Of a DNA stretch of 64,000 nt, positions 12,698 through 24,200 are shown one piece after another. Below the pieces are notes generated by a model. The model was not told the origin of the DNA and did no database searches. It saw nothing but the letters and a program-made list of their open reading frames with translations. Position 1 is the first letter of the stretch; the number at the start of each line of letters is the position of its first letter. Source of the stretch: Guillardia theta CCMP2712 (taxonomy: Eukaryota; Protista; Cryptophyta); assembly GCF_000315625.1 (NCBI RefSeq), contig NW_005434624.1, positions 53,414 to 117,413 of the forward strand. The letters are read 5' to 3'. Made by a program: the position numbers and the translations under genes.

Positions 12698-15154
12698 ATG
12701 AGTCGCAGAACAAGCTTGCCCTCGTCGCAATGGAATGCAGATTACATCAAGCAGGGGAACAAGTTCTGCCCCGTGCCTGAGTGGCAGGTCGTGGAGAGTT
12801 TGATGAAGATGCTTGAGGCTCCGGTTGCTCGCAATCGCAAGGACGTGCAGGATGGTCTGATGACGGAGAGGGACGCTGAGAGCGCCAAGGAGCTCGCCAA
12901 GGTGACTTCCAAGATCGGAATCCTCTCCATGCTCCCCCTCTACTCCCGCGTGCAGCTCTGCAAGACCATGAACTTGTCCAAGTACCGGAGTGACGCCAGC
13001 CCTCTCTTCACGCAGCACGAGTACAGCTCGCTCTACTTCATCTGCCTCGTCGGCTCCATCGAATGTACCTCAGCTGTTCTCGCCATGTCTGCCGCCGGCC
13101 TCACGCTCCTGGCAGGCGTTGGACTCATCCATCAGGGCACCGAGCATGAGACGCGCTGGAGCAGGAGGGTGGCGGCTGGCAAAGATCTCTGGGCAGAGCT
13201 TGGTGATGCTGCGAGGAGACGTTTAGCTGCATGACTAGCGTGCAGGGCTGGGAGGAGATCATGGCTGCGTCTGCTCGGGCTATCCTCAGCCCATACGCAC
13301 AGGCTCGGTCCCCGCGACCACTGAGATCGCCAAGAGGTGAAGGAGTGGGAGAAGAGCATGCGGAGGTGATGCTGACTTGCATGGGAGGATGATGAAGCGC
13401 GTGTCCGGGTTCTGCTTCGTCCTCTCCATCTCCATGTCAGAGCTTCTTCGACAAATCAACGTCGACCCCTTCTACCTCAAGGCGATCCAGCTGGGCCTGC
13501 AGGAGGTGGCAGGCTGCTCGTCGCTCTTGGCGTCACTGACTGCTCGTAGATGGACGTGTTTGCTCACTGGGATGAACGAGACCTCCAGGTGACGCAGCTC
13601 GAGAGCTGCCGGTCAGACTCTGACGCGGGCGTGGCAGACGCTCTCCTTTCAGTTCCGTCGGCAGAAATTTCAGAGGGAGGAGGTGATAGTCTGCCGAGGC
13701 TCCAAGTCTCGCAGGTTCTACGTGGTCATCCGGGGCAAGGTGGAGCTCTCCTGGCCGCGAGCTGAGGCCCTCACGTACGGTCGCTTCCACCTGGAGCAGG
13801 CGATCAAGCAGGTCGTGTCTTCGGGGTCGCCTGACTCCTGCTTCGGCGAGGAGTCCATCTTGTCCGCTGCCTCCTCAGGTTGCGAGTACGACGCTAGGGT
13901 GATCACCAACTACGGATGCGAGCTGCTGTGGGCGGAGGCGAGTGAAGTGAAGGAGCTGCTTGCGGGGGAGACGCTTCTGAACCTCGCTGTCTTGTACAAG
14001 GCTAGGAAAGAGTCGCTCTCCTCGGGCCAGGCCACCGTCATGGCGGAGATGACGTGTGCTGCTGCGAGCGAGGAGTCAAAGAGTCCTGTGAGAGGGCGGG
14101 AGAAGAAGGGCTACTTCCTAAAGTTCGACCCCAAACCAGTGGACCCGGAGACCCCTGAACGAGGGCTGAGCCGATCCCTCGCTGACTTCTCCTCCCCCTC
14201 TGATACAGTGAGAGACCTCAAGCCACGCAGCCACGGGCTCTCTCTGACGCAGCGACAGTCAGGTGCCAAGTCGACAGGAGAAGAGATGCTGAGATCGAGC
14301 ACCAAGCGGATACTCTTCACGAGTTTTGCGAGTGAGGAAGGGGAGGACGAGAGTGCTGGAAGGGGCGAAGGCGGAGACTCACTTCCAGCTCTCATCGACC
14401 TGGACCGGATCTACCGCAACAGAGAAACAAACATGCACATGCCCATCGAAGTCAAGGAGTCGAGGCTGACGCTCTACTACGCGTTGAACAAGAAGTTTGT
14501 CAGTCAGATGCTGCGAACTCTAGAGAAGAAGCGGAACATCGAGCGAGACTACAACCGCAAGGTCCTTGCACCCTCCGCTCCCAGGTGACGGCCAAAACAT
14601 CGAGCGAGACTACAACCGCAAGGTCCTTGCACCCTCCGCTCCCAGGTGACGGCCAGACGGTGAAGGCTGGTCGGGGTGCCAGGGCAGGGGCAGGGGCAGA
14701 GGCAGGGACAGCAGTCTATCTCTGGGTTCGTGAGCAGCGGCCGATGAGAAGGACTGGAGGACGTGAGGATGTGAAGCTTGAAATGTCAGCAGCACCAGAG
14801 CGAGAGGTTCTGACACATGCTGAGGGCACTGAACCTAGCAGGGGCAGTGGCATTGGCAGGGGCAGTGGCAGGGGCAGGGGCAGGGGCAGGGGCAGGGGCA
14901 GGGGCAGGGGCAGTGGCAGTGGCAGTGGCAGGGGCAGTGGCAGGGGCAGTGGCAGGGGCAGGGGCATGATAAATCACAGAAACAACAAGGCAAGAAGATC
15001 GATCATGTGCGAGTTGAGCACATGCCAGACCTCGGAGGTCAGTCAAAGAGACAGGGAGATCGGGATGTCTCGGTACTCGCAGCTCGAGCTGATGGCAGTA
15101 GAGGAGGGTGGGGGACGTGAAGATGTTGATCAACAAGTTTATTGTACTGAATGA
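12698..15154 (+). CDS. Cyclic-nucleotide-binding domain protein (two cNMP-like domains), multi-exon
   Basis: LFTQHEYSSLYFICLVGSIEC and VIVCRGSKSRRFYVVIRGKVEL...CFGEESILS...YDARVITNYGCELLW match the cNMP fold pattern. 3' exons beyond 14588 are uncertain. Confidence 0.7.
14837..14965 (+). repeat. (GGCAGG/GGCAGT)n hexamer repeat
   Basis: About 20 tandem units. Confidence 0.9.
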
Positions 15155-15209
15155 ATACTCATAGTTGCAAACATTTTCGATGCTCCCAGGCGTTTCTCAG
15201 CCCTGGAGT

Positions 15210-18200
15210 TTATGAGGCGTCGCCTGGCAAGGTGACTTCCTCGGGTGCTGGCGTGAACGTGTCTCCCTGGTACTGTTGGGCCTCACTTGTGGCCGGCACA
15301 GTGGCAGGCGCAGGAGCTGAGTCGCTCATGATCGGCGTGCGGCATGTCGGGCAGCGCTTCCACGTGGGCTTGACCGGAGCCTTGCAGTTGACGCACTCGG
15401 CAGAGAAACCCATCACATCCTGCTGCGACATGCTCGACACGAACGCCTGCGCTGGCGCCGACTCCACCGTCTCCCCGGGCCTTTGAATCTTCGCTTTACA
15501 TCCTGGACACCTGGGCCAGCTTAGCTTGACGGGAGCTGAACACTGATGGCAAATGCCGCCGAAGCCTTGCTGCTCCACCAGAGTCTGAGCAGACACAGCC
15601 GACACAGAATCAACTCCAGCTGCAGCCTCGCTGATCTCCGGGTGATCGTATCCGAGAGTGGCGACCAGGTCGCGGCCCTCGGGTCGAGGAGCCTGCGCGA
15701 TGTCCGTGCGACAGTTGGGACAGCGCGGCCAAGTTGACTTGACTGGGTTGTTGCAAGCCGAGCAGTTGATCCAACTCTCCGGGAGCGCAACAGCGGAGGT
15801 GTCGAACGTGCTCGCTTGAGGAATGACGCTCGATCGCAGGGCAGAGCTGTCGTAAACGGGTTCGGAAGGCGCCTCTGCTTCGACGTCTGCCTTCTTCTTG
15901 CCTGCCTGAGCCTGCTGGAGGCGAGCGTAGTAAGCGAGCACCAGCATACCGATGAAGAAGATCGGAACTATGATGGCAGCTGCAATCACTCCCGCCTTGC
16001 TGCCGGACCCGAGCTTCGAGGGAACCACAACAATGTTCGGATCTTTGGTGAACATTGCTGCGTACGTCGAGAAGTGCTGCAAGGTGGCCGAGGCCCTTCC
16101 TGTAGCGTCAGGTCCGCTGCCGTCGACCACAACCCATCGCTCAAGGTCGCGATCGAACGTGAACACTTTGAGCACTTCATCTGCCTGGGCCTGCTGGCTC
16201 ACGCTCAGGCCCAGCACAGCTCCCTTGACGCTGATGCCATCCGGCTGCAGATCTACGACATCTCCTGCGAAGCGAACAACATCGGCGACTTGCATGGCAG
16301 GAGGGAGATCCTTGCTGTCGTACAGATCTCCCGAGACCGTTGTTGGTCCGCTAAGAGCGAAGGGAGGTAAGTAGAGGCTCGCGCCACTTGAAAGAGAGAA
16401 GGTGTAAGAGATGCTGATGTCGCTGATGTAGAATTCGAAGCTGTCCAAGGGTGTCAAAACAGTCGAGCAGTCAAGCCCAAAGTAATATCGATTGCACATA
16501 CAGTATCCTGCCTCCGCTTGGCAGCTTCCATGACCAAGGCATGTGTACTGGGCTGAGCAATAACGGCTGCACTTGGCTCCTTCCTTGGGGTTGTAAAAGT
16601 TTGCAACGCACGTACACACACTGGGTGTAGAGTTGCTGTTCTTGCAAACGAAGTTCGATTCGATAGTACAAGAACTGCTACAGCCATCTCCGCTCTTCGT
16701 GTTTCCGTCGTCACATCCCTCCACGGGGATGTAAATTCCGTCACCACAGTTGCTGACGCACTTGTTGTTGACTTTCACATACCCATATGCACAATCACAC
16801 CTGTATGACCCTTCGGTGTTGACGCAGACTTCGGATACTCTATTGCAAGTGTCGGACTGATTCTTGCACTCATCAATGTCTCTACAATACCCTGATTCAG
16901 AGGCAGAGGCGTTGTACAGCTCGTAACCAGGTGGGCACGTTGGCCAGTCAAGACACATCGAGTTCCCTGTCGTGTTCTTGTACTTGCCATATGGGCATGG
17001 CAAGCAATCGGCTCCGGAGGGGTAGGTGCCTGGTCCACAGGATGATCCACAGACCGCCGATCCCGCCACCGAACTTGTTCCGTTGGGACAAGGAGTACAT
17101 ACGGAGTCCCAACTGCCACGATCAGGCTTGAATGTTCCTGCCGCGCATGGGCTGCAAATGCCTACTCCGTCCACGGTGTTGGAGACGCAGCCAGAACGGT
17201 ACTGTCCAGGTGCGCATGGAGCACAGCAAATTGAGTATGTTCCGGATCCGGGGTCCCTCCAGCAATCAGCACCAGGCTCCACTTGACAGGATGCGGAGCA
17301 GCCGTCCAAGGACACAAGGTTGCCATCGTCGCACGTCTCGTTTTGGCTAATCTTCTTGTCTCCGCAGTCCGCAAGCGCAGGGTCTAACGCTGCGAAAAAC
17401 TCGGTGAGGTGATTACAACGGCAGGTCACAGACGTGTCCGATCTGTCAAAGACTATGCATCCCTGAAACCTGAATTGTTTGGTTGTGGGATCCAAGAAAG
17501 CGCATGACAACTTGTTTTTCCACCCAGCAACACCAAGAGCTGTGACGAGTTGAGGGTCTACAGGGATGACAACTGTGAAAGGAGAAGTAAGGTCCGATAC
17601 TGTTGCTTGAGTGCTTGAGTCTTGAGTAGCAAGCATAAGCGCGACCGAGGATTGGGACAACAAGTCGATGCTAGACACTTTGTTCAAGTTCGAGCGAACT
17701 CCTTGAAACATGATGATCTTGTAGACATTGCTAGGCAAAGGGGAGAGAGATTGAGGGACCGTGAAATACCCAGTACCGGCAGCAGCAACTTGCAACGAAG
17801 TAGCAACTAGAGGAAAATTTGCCTTGGTTGTGGTCAAGTTGTGCAAGGAATTTCCAGTGAAGGTGTATAGTTCTCCTGCTGCAATCACTTTTGCATATCC
17901 TTCGGCTATCGGGAACGTGCTCGCGTGCCTGTCGATGAGAAACTGAATGAGTTGCGACTCGGAGAGCACTACAGGCTCAGAAGAATAAGGGCAGACCGAG
18001 AGGGCGCCTGAAATCGATCCCATGAAGATCGCAAAGTTTTGATTCATTGTGGTGCTGAAGGAATCTCTACTCATATCCGTTGAAGATGCAGCCTTTGCCA
18101 CTGAGACCGCACCATTGAACGTCGTATTTGAGATCAGACAAGGTGTTGGGATAGCACTAGCTCCAGCTTGAATGGTCTCTTCAGCATAGTCTTTTGTCAG

Positions 18201-21200
18201 GGCCGCATATGTAACAGCATACGAGAGGTTGAGAATGAGATCTTGTCGGTACTTGGCCTCATCCGTTGCCTGCAGTGTTGTACCAGCGATGGTGTTCCCG
18301 AGGTTTGACACAAGTTGGTTCACCGTGGACGCGCTCTTGAGCTGGTAAGCATCATTCAAAGCGGTCATTCCGTTCCCTATGTCATCTTGCACCGCAAGCA
18401 ATCGACGACGACCAGCGCTGCTCGATATAGTGATCATAGTGGATCCAGCATCGGCTGCGGCACCAAGAGAATCCAGAACCTGCGCAATCGTCAACGAGAA
18501 AATATGAAAAGCATGAAGTAGTACCTTGGCTGTGACAACGACTTGTCCTCGTGGTAATACCATATCCAGGTAGTTGATTGGTGACGGGCTGAAATCAAGC
18601 TTCTTCGCATTGATGGTGACGCCAAACATGAAGCTCAAGGGAAGATCGGCGTCAATCCAGTTAGAGCAAGTAGTTCTGAAGTAGTCCTTGTAGGCGATTC
18701 CAGTCGTCTCGCATGTCGTTGACGTTGATACTTTACATGTCTGGCACGTTCCTGAGCTTGGCGGACGATTGACCAGCAGGTTGATGGAAGATGAGCCAAC
18801 TCGACCTTGATTGTCCGTTACTCTGAGCGTGAACTGATATTCGACCCCAGCAGTGAGGATTGGCGAGCTTGACAGGTCCAAACGCAGCACAAAGTTGATT
18901 TTATTGCTTCCGAGGGGAACAAGATTTTGAGACAAGGTGGTGAAGGAAATTCCGTTATTCGCGGTCCAGGAGTACTGACTGATCTGACTAGCAGGCACGT
19001 CGATGACACCTCCGAGGTTGATTCTTGCGTCGGGGTTGATTTTACTCAACCCCAACTTTGCATCAAAAGGCATGTCTCTCGTTTGAATGCCAACAGAAGG
19101 AATTCTTGTAGAGACCATATACACGTTGACGCTGGATGAGGCAGGAATTTTGCCTGTTTTAGATACAGTGACAGTGAAAATGAAGTAGTTGGACCCTGTC
19201 GAGGTCAGTGTGTCTGCAGCAATCGTTAAGATTCGCGCTGTTTCAAGTGTGACTGCATTGCCATCTTTGGTCAGGCAAGGAAGTTGGGTTCCAGAGACCG
19301 TCTGCAGAACACAAGTCCATGCAAATTTCAGGAGGGCATCGGTCTTGCGCTCACTGAGGCGCAGATCAGGATCGTACGAACCGGAAGCATCCAGATTCAA
19401 CTGCGATAGAGTTGAAATCGTGATGGTAGTTCCTGATGCGATCTTTGAAAACAGAGGTGTGGCTTTGACGTTGATGTCTACACTCGCCGAAACTCTTTTA
19501 GAGATATCTCCATCCATCGACATAGTCAGCGAGACCTTATACTTTCCAGGCGCCTGCGTGCCTGGTTTGAGGTACATCTGCGATTTATCTGACACTTGAG
19601 TGCTAGTTGTGGTGTCCGACAAAACCCACGCGAAGCTAAGGGCACTCTTGGAAGTTTGACAGAGAGAGAACTTGGCTTCTCCTCGCAAGAGGATCGGGTC
19701 GTTCACAGAGTATGACGTACTCCCCTCTATCAAAACTGTTGGGATAGGTGAAGCTTGTTTCGTAAGAGTGAAAAACTTCGTATCAGATTGAACTCCAAGA
19801 AAGTCTGTGGCTTGAACTGAAATTTTATACTGAAAGTTCGTCTCCAGTAGCGCAGGAGTCCCAGCAGGCATCGAAATTTGGTTTGAAGTCAAGAACAGCA
19901 AGATTGAGTTGAGACTGTCGCTGTTGCTGCTGCTCCAGGTGTACTTGAGAGGTCGAGGGGAGGCGATGGAGAAGACAATTCTCAATGCTGAGCATGAGTC
20001 AATGACAGCTGGTCCTGTCAGAATTCCTGGACCAGGAACAAGCTGAACTTTGGGTGGTTCTATCCGGAGAGGTTGTGTCAGAGGGACAGAAAACGAGGAA
20101 ATAAGATTCTCCGACTTCAAGAAATTGTTCTTCAAATTCATAAAGTCGCCAGGCACGATCGTTGCACTTTTACCAAGCTTGATAATCAAACGTTTGGTTG
20201 TCTGCCAGACACACGTGTAACCAGATCCAAGCCCTGTGACATCTAGGAATGAACAGTCAGCTGAAAGAGACTTGCCATTGGTCTGCTGGTCGAATTCCAC
20301 TTCGATAGCATCTCCCGCCGATTGAAAGCGCGCGCTCAAGAGAAGAGGAGCGAAGTAGATGTCATAGGATCCTGTGTAGAAGAGCGACGGGGAGCTCAAG
20401 TATGAGACCTTGATTGGGACGCTTGCCTTCCCTTCGATCACTGATAGTTCCGATCTAGTGAAGGTTGGAAGGGAGGCAACAATAACGTCCAATTGCGTGT
20501 AGCTTGCACTGGTGTACCAAGAGACCGAGCGAGGTTCCTTCGCTCCAAACTCGACCTTCAAATTGCTCAGCATATCTGTATTTGCAGGATTCACCCCAGG
20601 CAGGTACATGTACACAGATCCAACTGCTGGGCCTTGGCAGGTCACAGAGGCTAACGCCCCAGCTTGGGGAGTTCGGCAATATACTATGAGTTGCTGATCG
20701 TAAACGAGGACTGAGAAATCAAGTGTGGAGAAAGCAGATACTACAATGTTTCCGGATAGAGTTCCTGTCTTATCGAAAGGCTTCGGTTGTATCTGAAAGA
20801 CATATGACGACGATGAGGAGAAGACATTAAAAATGTCACTGCCGGAAAAATATGTTCCTTGTATTGACATCTGGAAACTTTGATCTATCACAGCATTTTC
20901 AAGTGTGACAGTCAAAATTCCACCGCCGCGGAGTGGCAAGGTACAATCTGTGTCAGATGATCGGATGGGTTCTGATCCGTCGCTACACAAACCTCCAGAA
21001 ATACAAATTTTGCCTGGTACACATGTGGGACAGTAATCCATGGCAACAAGTGCAGCAGACGGTTGGTAATATTCAAACACCAAGCCACTGATCGCCCTTC
21101 TTTGTTCCCTCACGTAGACTTGATCTGCTGTGAACCCCGCTGGTACCTCTCCTCGACCACGAAAGGTAACGGTCAACGAGACGGACCCTGCGCTGTGGGG

Positions 21201-24200
21201 GGGAACAGACGATGAAATGTAGAGTCCATCCGACCATCTCACAGCATCCAAAACCGCGCACTTCACGTTGTCACAGACCGTACTTCCGAATTGAACTTGC
21301 ACTTCACTGATGTCTTGAATGGCTGGCGCCTTGGAGATCCATATGCCCACGGCGTTCTGCTGGTCGGATAGACAGATGGAACAAGCTCCTACGGTGCCAC
21401 CCACAGTAGCCGAAGAGGGAACAACATTGACAAACGTTGGAGGATCGTAGATCTCGAAAGACAAAGTTTCATAGCTTGTCTCCCCCAAGTTGTTTGCTGA
21501 CAAGATCTTGACCTACGCAAATTAGAATCAGTACTACATCTACGTGAAGAAGTCAAACTCACCTGAACATAGCCAACCTTGAGGCCAAGAGGAACGACTG
21601 CAGTCACGTTCGAGATTGTACCAGCTTCGTTGTCAGCTATCTTGGTGACGACGGCGTTTATTCCTGAGAAAGTAACCGTGACAGTTGTTGGCTGTAAGAA
21701 AAGATCCCAGAACACCGTGAAAACGACAGAACCCCCGCCGAGCTGGCTTGAATCCACTGGAGTAGGGTGAGCAGGAGTACGGACAACAAGGAAATCGAAT
21801 GGCATGGGGTCCATGAATGAATCTATGATATACACTGAAGCATTCAGCAACCTTGAAGGTTGGCCAAAGAGTCGCAAGTTGCCAACATTAAACGTAATCA
21901 CGTCCATGCCCGAACTAGCTGAAGTGGTATGACTGATGGCAGTGACCACTGACTCTCCGAACTGCCCCTGAATTCTCGCAAGACTGTAATCTTTTGTTTG
22001 ATCCTTGGGGAAGTAACGGATGTAGACGTTGACGGTGATGACGTCAACAACGTTCCCTACCGAGGGCGACACCAGATCGACTTTGGGCGCATTGAGGTCT
22101 ATAAGCTTCACTGCGAATGAAGCACATTTAGCTGTCGGTCCAGATCCTGCACAAACCCTGAAAGTTGTTGAAAGGGCTGATTCTGAGGTAGGCAGTGTCA
22201 AAGAAAACTGTACGTTCGACAAAGGACAACTGGGATCCGCAGAGTCTGTGCTCAAGACGGTTGCCCCTTGCGGTTGTACTGATGTCGTACTAGAGACAGT
22301 AGGAGCTAAGGTTCCAAGATAGCAGATTGCAGCTTGAAACGAGGTTGTAGTTCCTTTCCTCATCTCCAAGGGATAGATTGACCTTGCAACAGGTTCTGGG
22401 TAGACAGACAGAGTGAAAGGAAACCTTCCAGCCCTGGTGGTAGGAAAGAGACTGTAGCCAACCGATATATTGTAATTTCCCGCTTGTGGTACCGCAGATA
22501 CTTGAAATGTGCAGAGAGTGGAGGTTGCGTCGGACTTGATAATCGATGTGGCGGTTATCAGTGAGTTTGCTACACCATCAATTGATAAGTACAACTTGCT
22601 AAGTGCGTCTTGACTGGTCAAAGGAGCAGGAACGACAGGAATGTTGCCAATTTCAACCTTGAACGACAAGCTCTGCTCGTTGGTGAAGGCTTGCTTCGGG
22701 CTGGCAAACAAGATGAGAGCAGGCCCGCTGGAAAAAACCAATAAAGTCAAAAAATCAGAAACGAAACATCAGCCATACCTCAAAGGAGTCTTGTACAAGA
22801 ATGAAAAGGAAGTGGACTTCGTCAGTCTGCCATAAGCAAAGGAGAGCTGAACATCGGTAGAAGTGGCTCCCATGGGCGCCTGAGGCATCGTGAAGTTCAT
22901 CTCAACATTCGAATTCAAGCCATCACTGGTCAGGTACTTGAACCCAACGATCTTGGCGTAAGAAGGAAACGATGCTGACCCAACCATAATTGTGACATCT
23001 TGCTGTGACAGAGCAGGAAATCCAAATAGAATCGCACGCACACTCGTGCCGCCACTCGTGAGCCCTGTAGTAGGCTCGACAACGGACAGGAATGGTGTGG
23101 GAACTTGAGATCGATCCAGACAGAATTGAAGGTTGCAAGTAGCAGAGTCCGCTAGTGCTTGGATTTTGAGCAAGTCAGGGAACTTGGAACCGCAAGCTTC
23201 ATCGTAGTCGCAAGGGGCCTGGAATTCGAAATCAAAATCAACAATCTTCACCGAGTTTTGGTAGACACTGGCCACAATGCTCCAGAAGATTGAAACAGCT
23301 GGAACTGTGACAGAGATTTTGGCCAAGGCGATTGAACTAGCAGAGGTTATGTCAGCACCGTCTGCTGACCAAATGTCGGTATTTTGCACTTGCACTACAG
23401 TTCCACCAAAGTTGACAGTGACTGGAAGGTTGTAATTGAATGGTTTGAAATTGCTGATTGTGAGAATAATGTTGGAACCACCCGTGTTGAGCGAAGTCGA
23501 TTTCGAAATTGAAACCAGTCTAGGAACCGTACAGTCAATCACTCGGAACGCAGCAGTTGCGGTCAAAGAGCCACTCGTGACAACAATATTGTCACTGGAA
23601 ATAACCTTAATAGCCTCGGTGATTGTCACTTGTAGAATTGTTAACAATGTTGTGTTATCATACTTCGTGACAACAAAGGGAAGGTTCTTTGTGTAGAACA
23701 CACTGCTGACTGCATTCGGGTCAAGATTCTTCACGTAGACATATTGGACAACATTAGTGCAGGTCGTGCAAGCACAAATCTCAGTGGGAGTTGGAGTTAC
23801 AATCTGCAATGCAACGGGATTGACAGCAAGTACGCTGAAACCAACTGCCCCGGCAGTTCCAAGTCGTCTTGGATACATCGTGCCTGAAACATTTCCAGCA
23901 GAAGGCAAGGGAGGCACAACGAATGACACAATGGTCTCACTACAGACACTTGAGACCAAAGAAATATTTTGGGCTGGTGTGGATCCGAGATATACCAAAA
24001 TCTCTGAAGAGACTGTCACAACAGGAAAGTTCGATATAACGATGTTGATTGTTTGTCCGCCCGTCGTCTGCACTTGAGTGCTTGAAATAGATTTCAGGAA
24101 GACTGAAGCTGTCAAGTAGTTGAACAAAAACTCGACATACTTGCGAGGGAATTGGAATGGTGTCAATTTGACATAATAAACTCCTTGAGAAACTGCAGGT

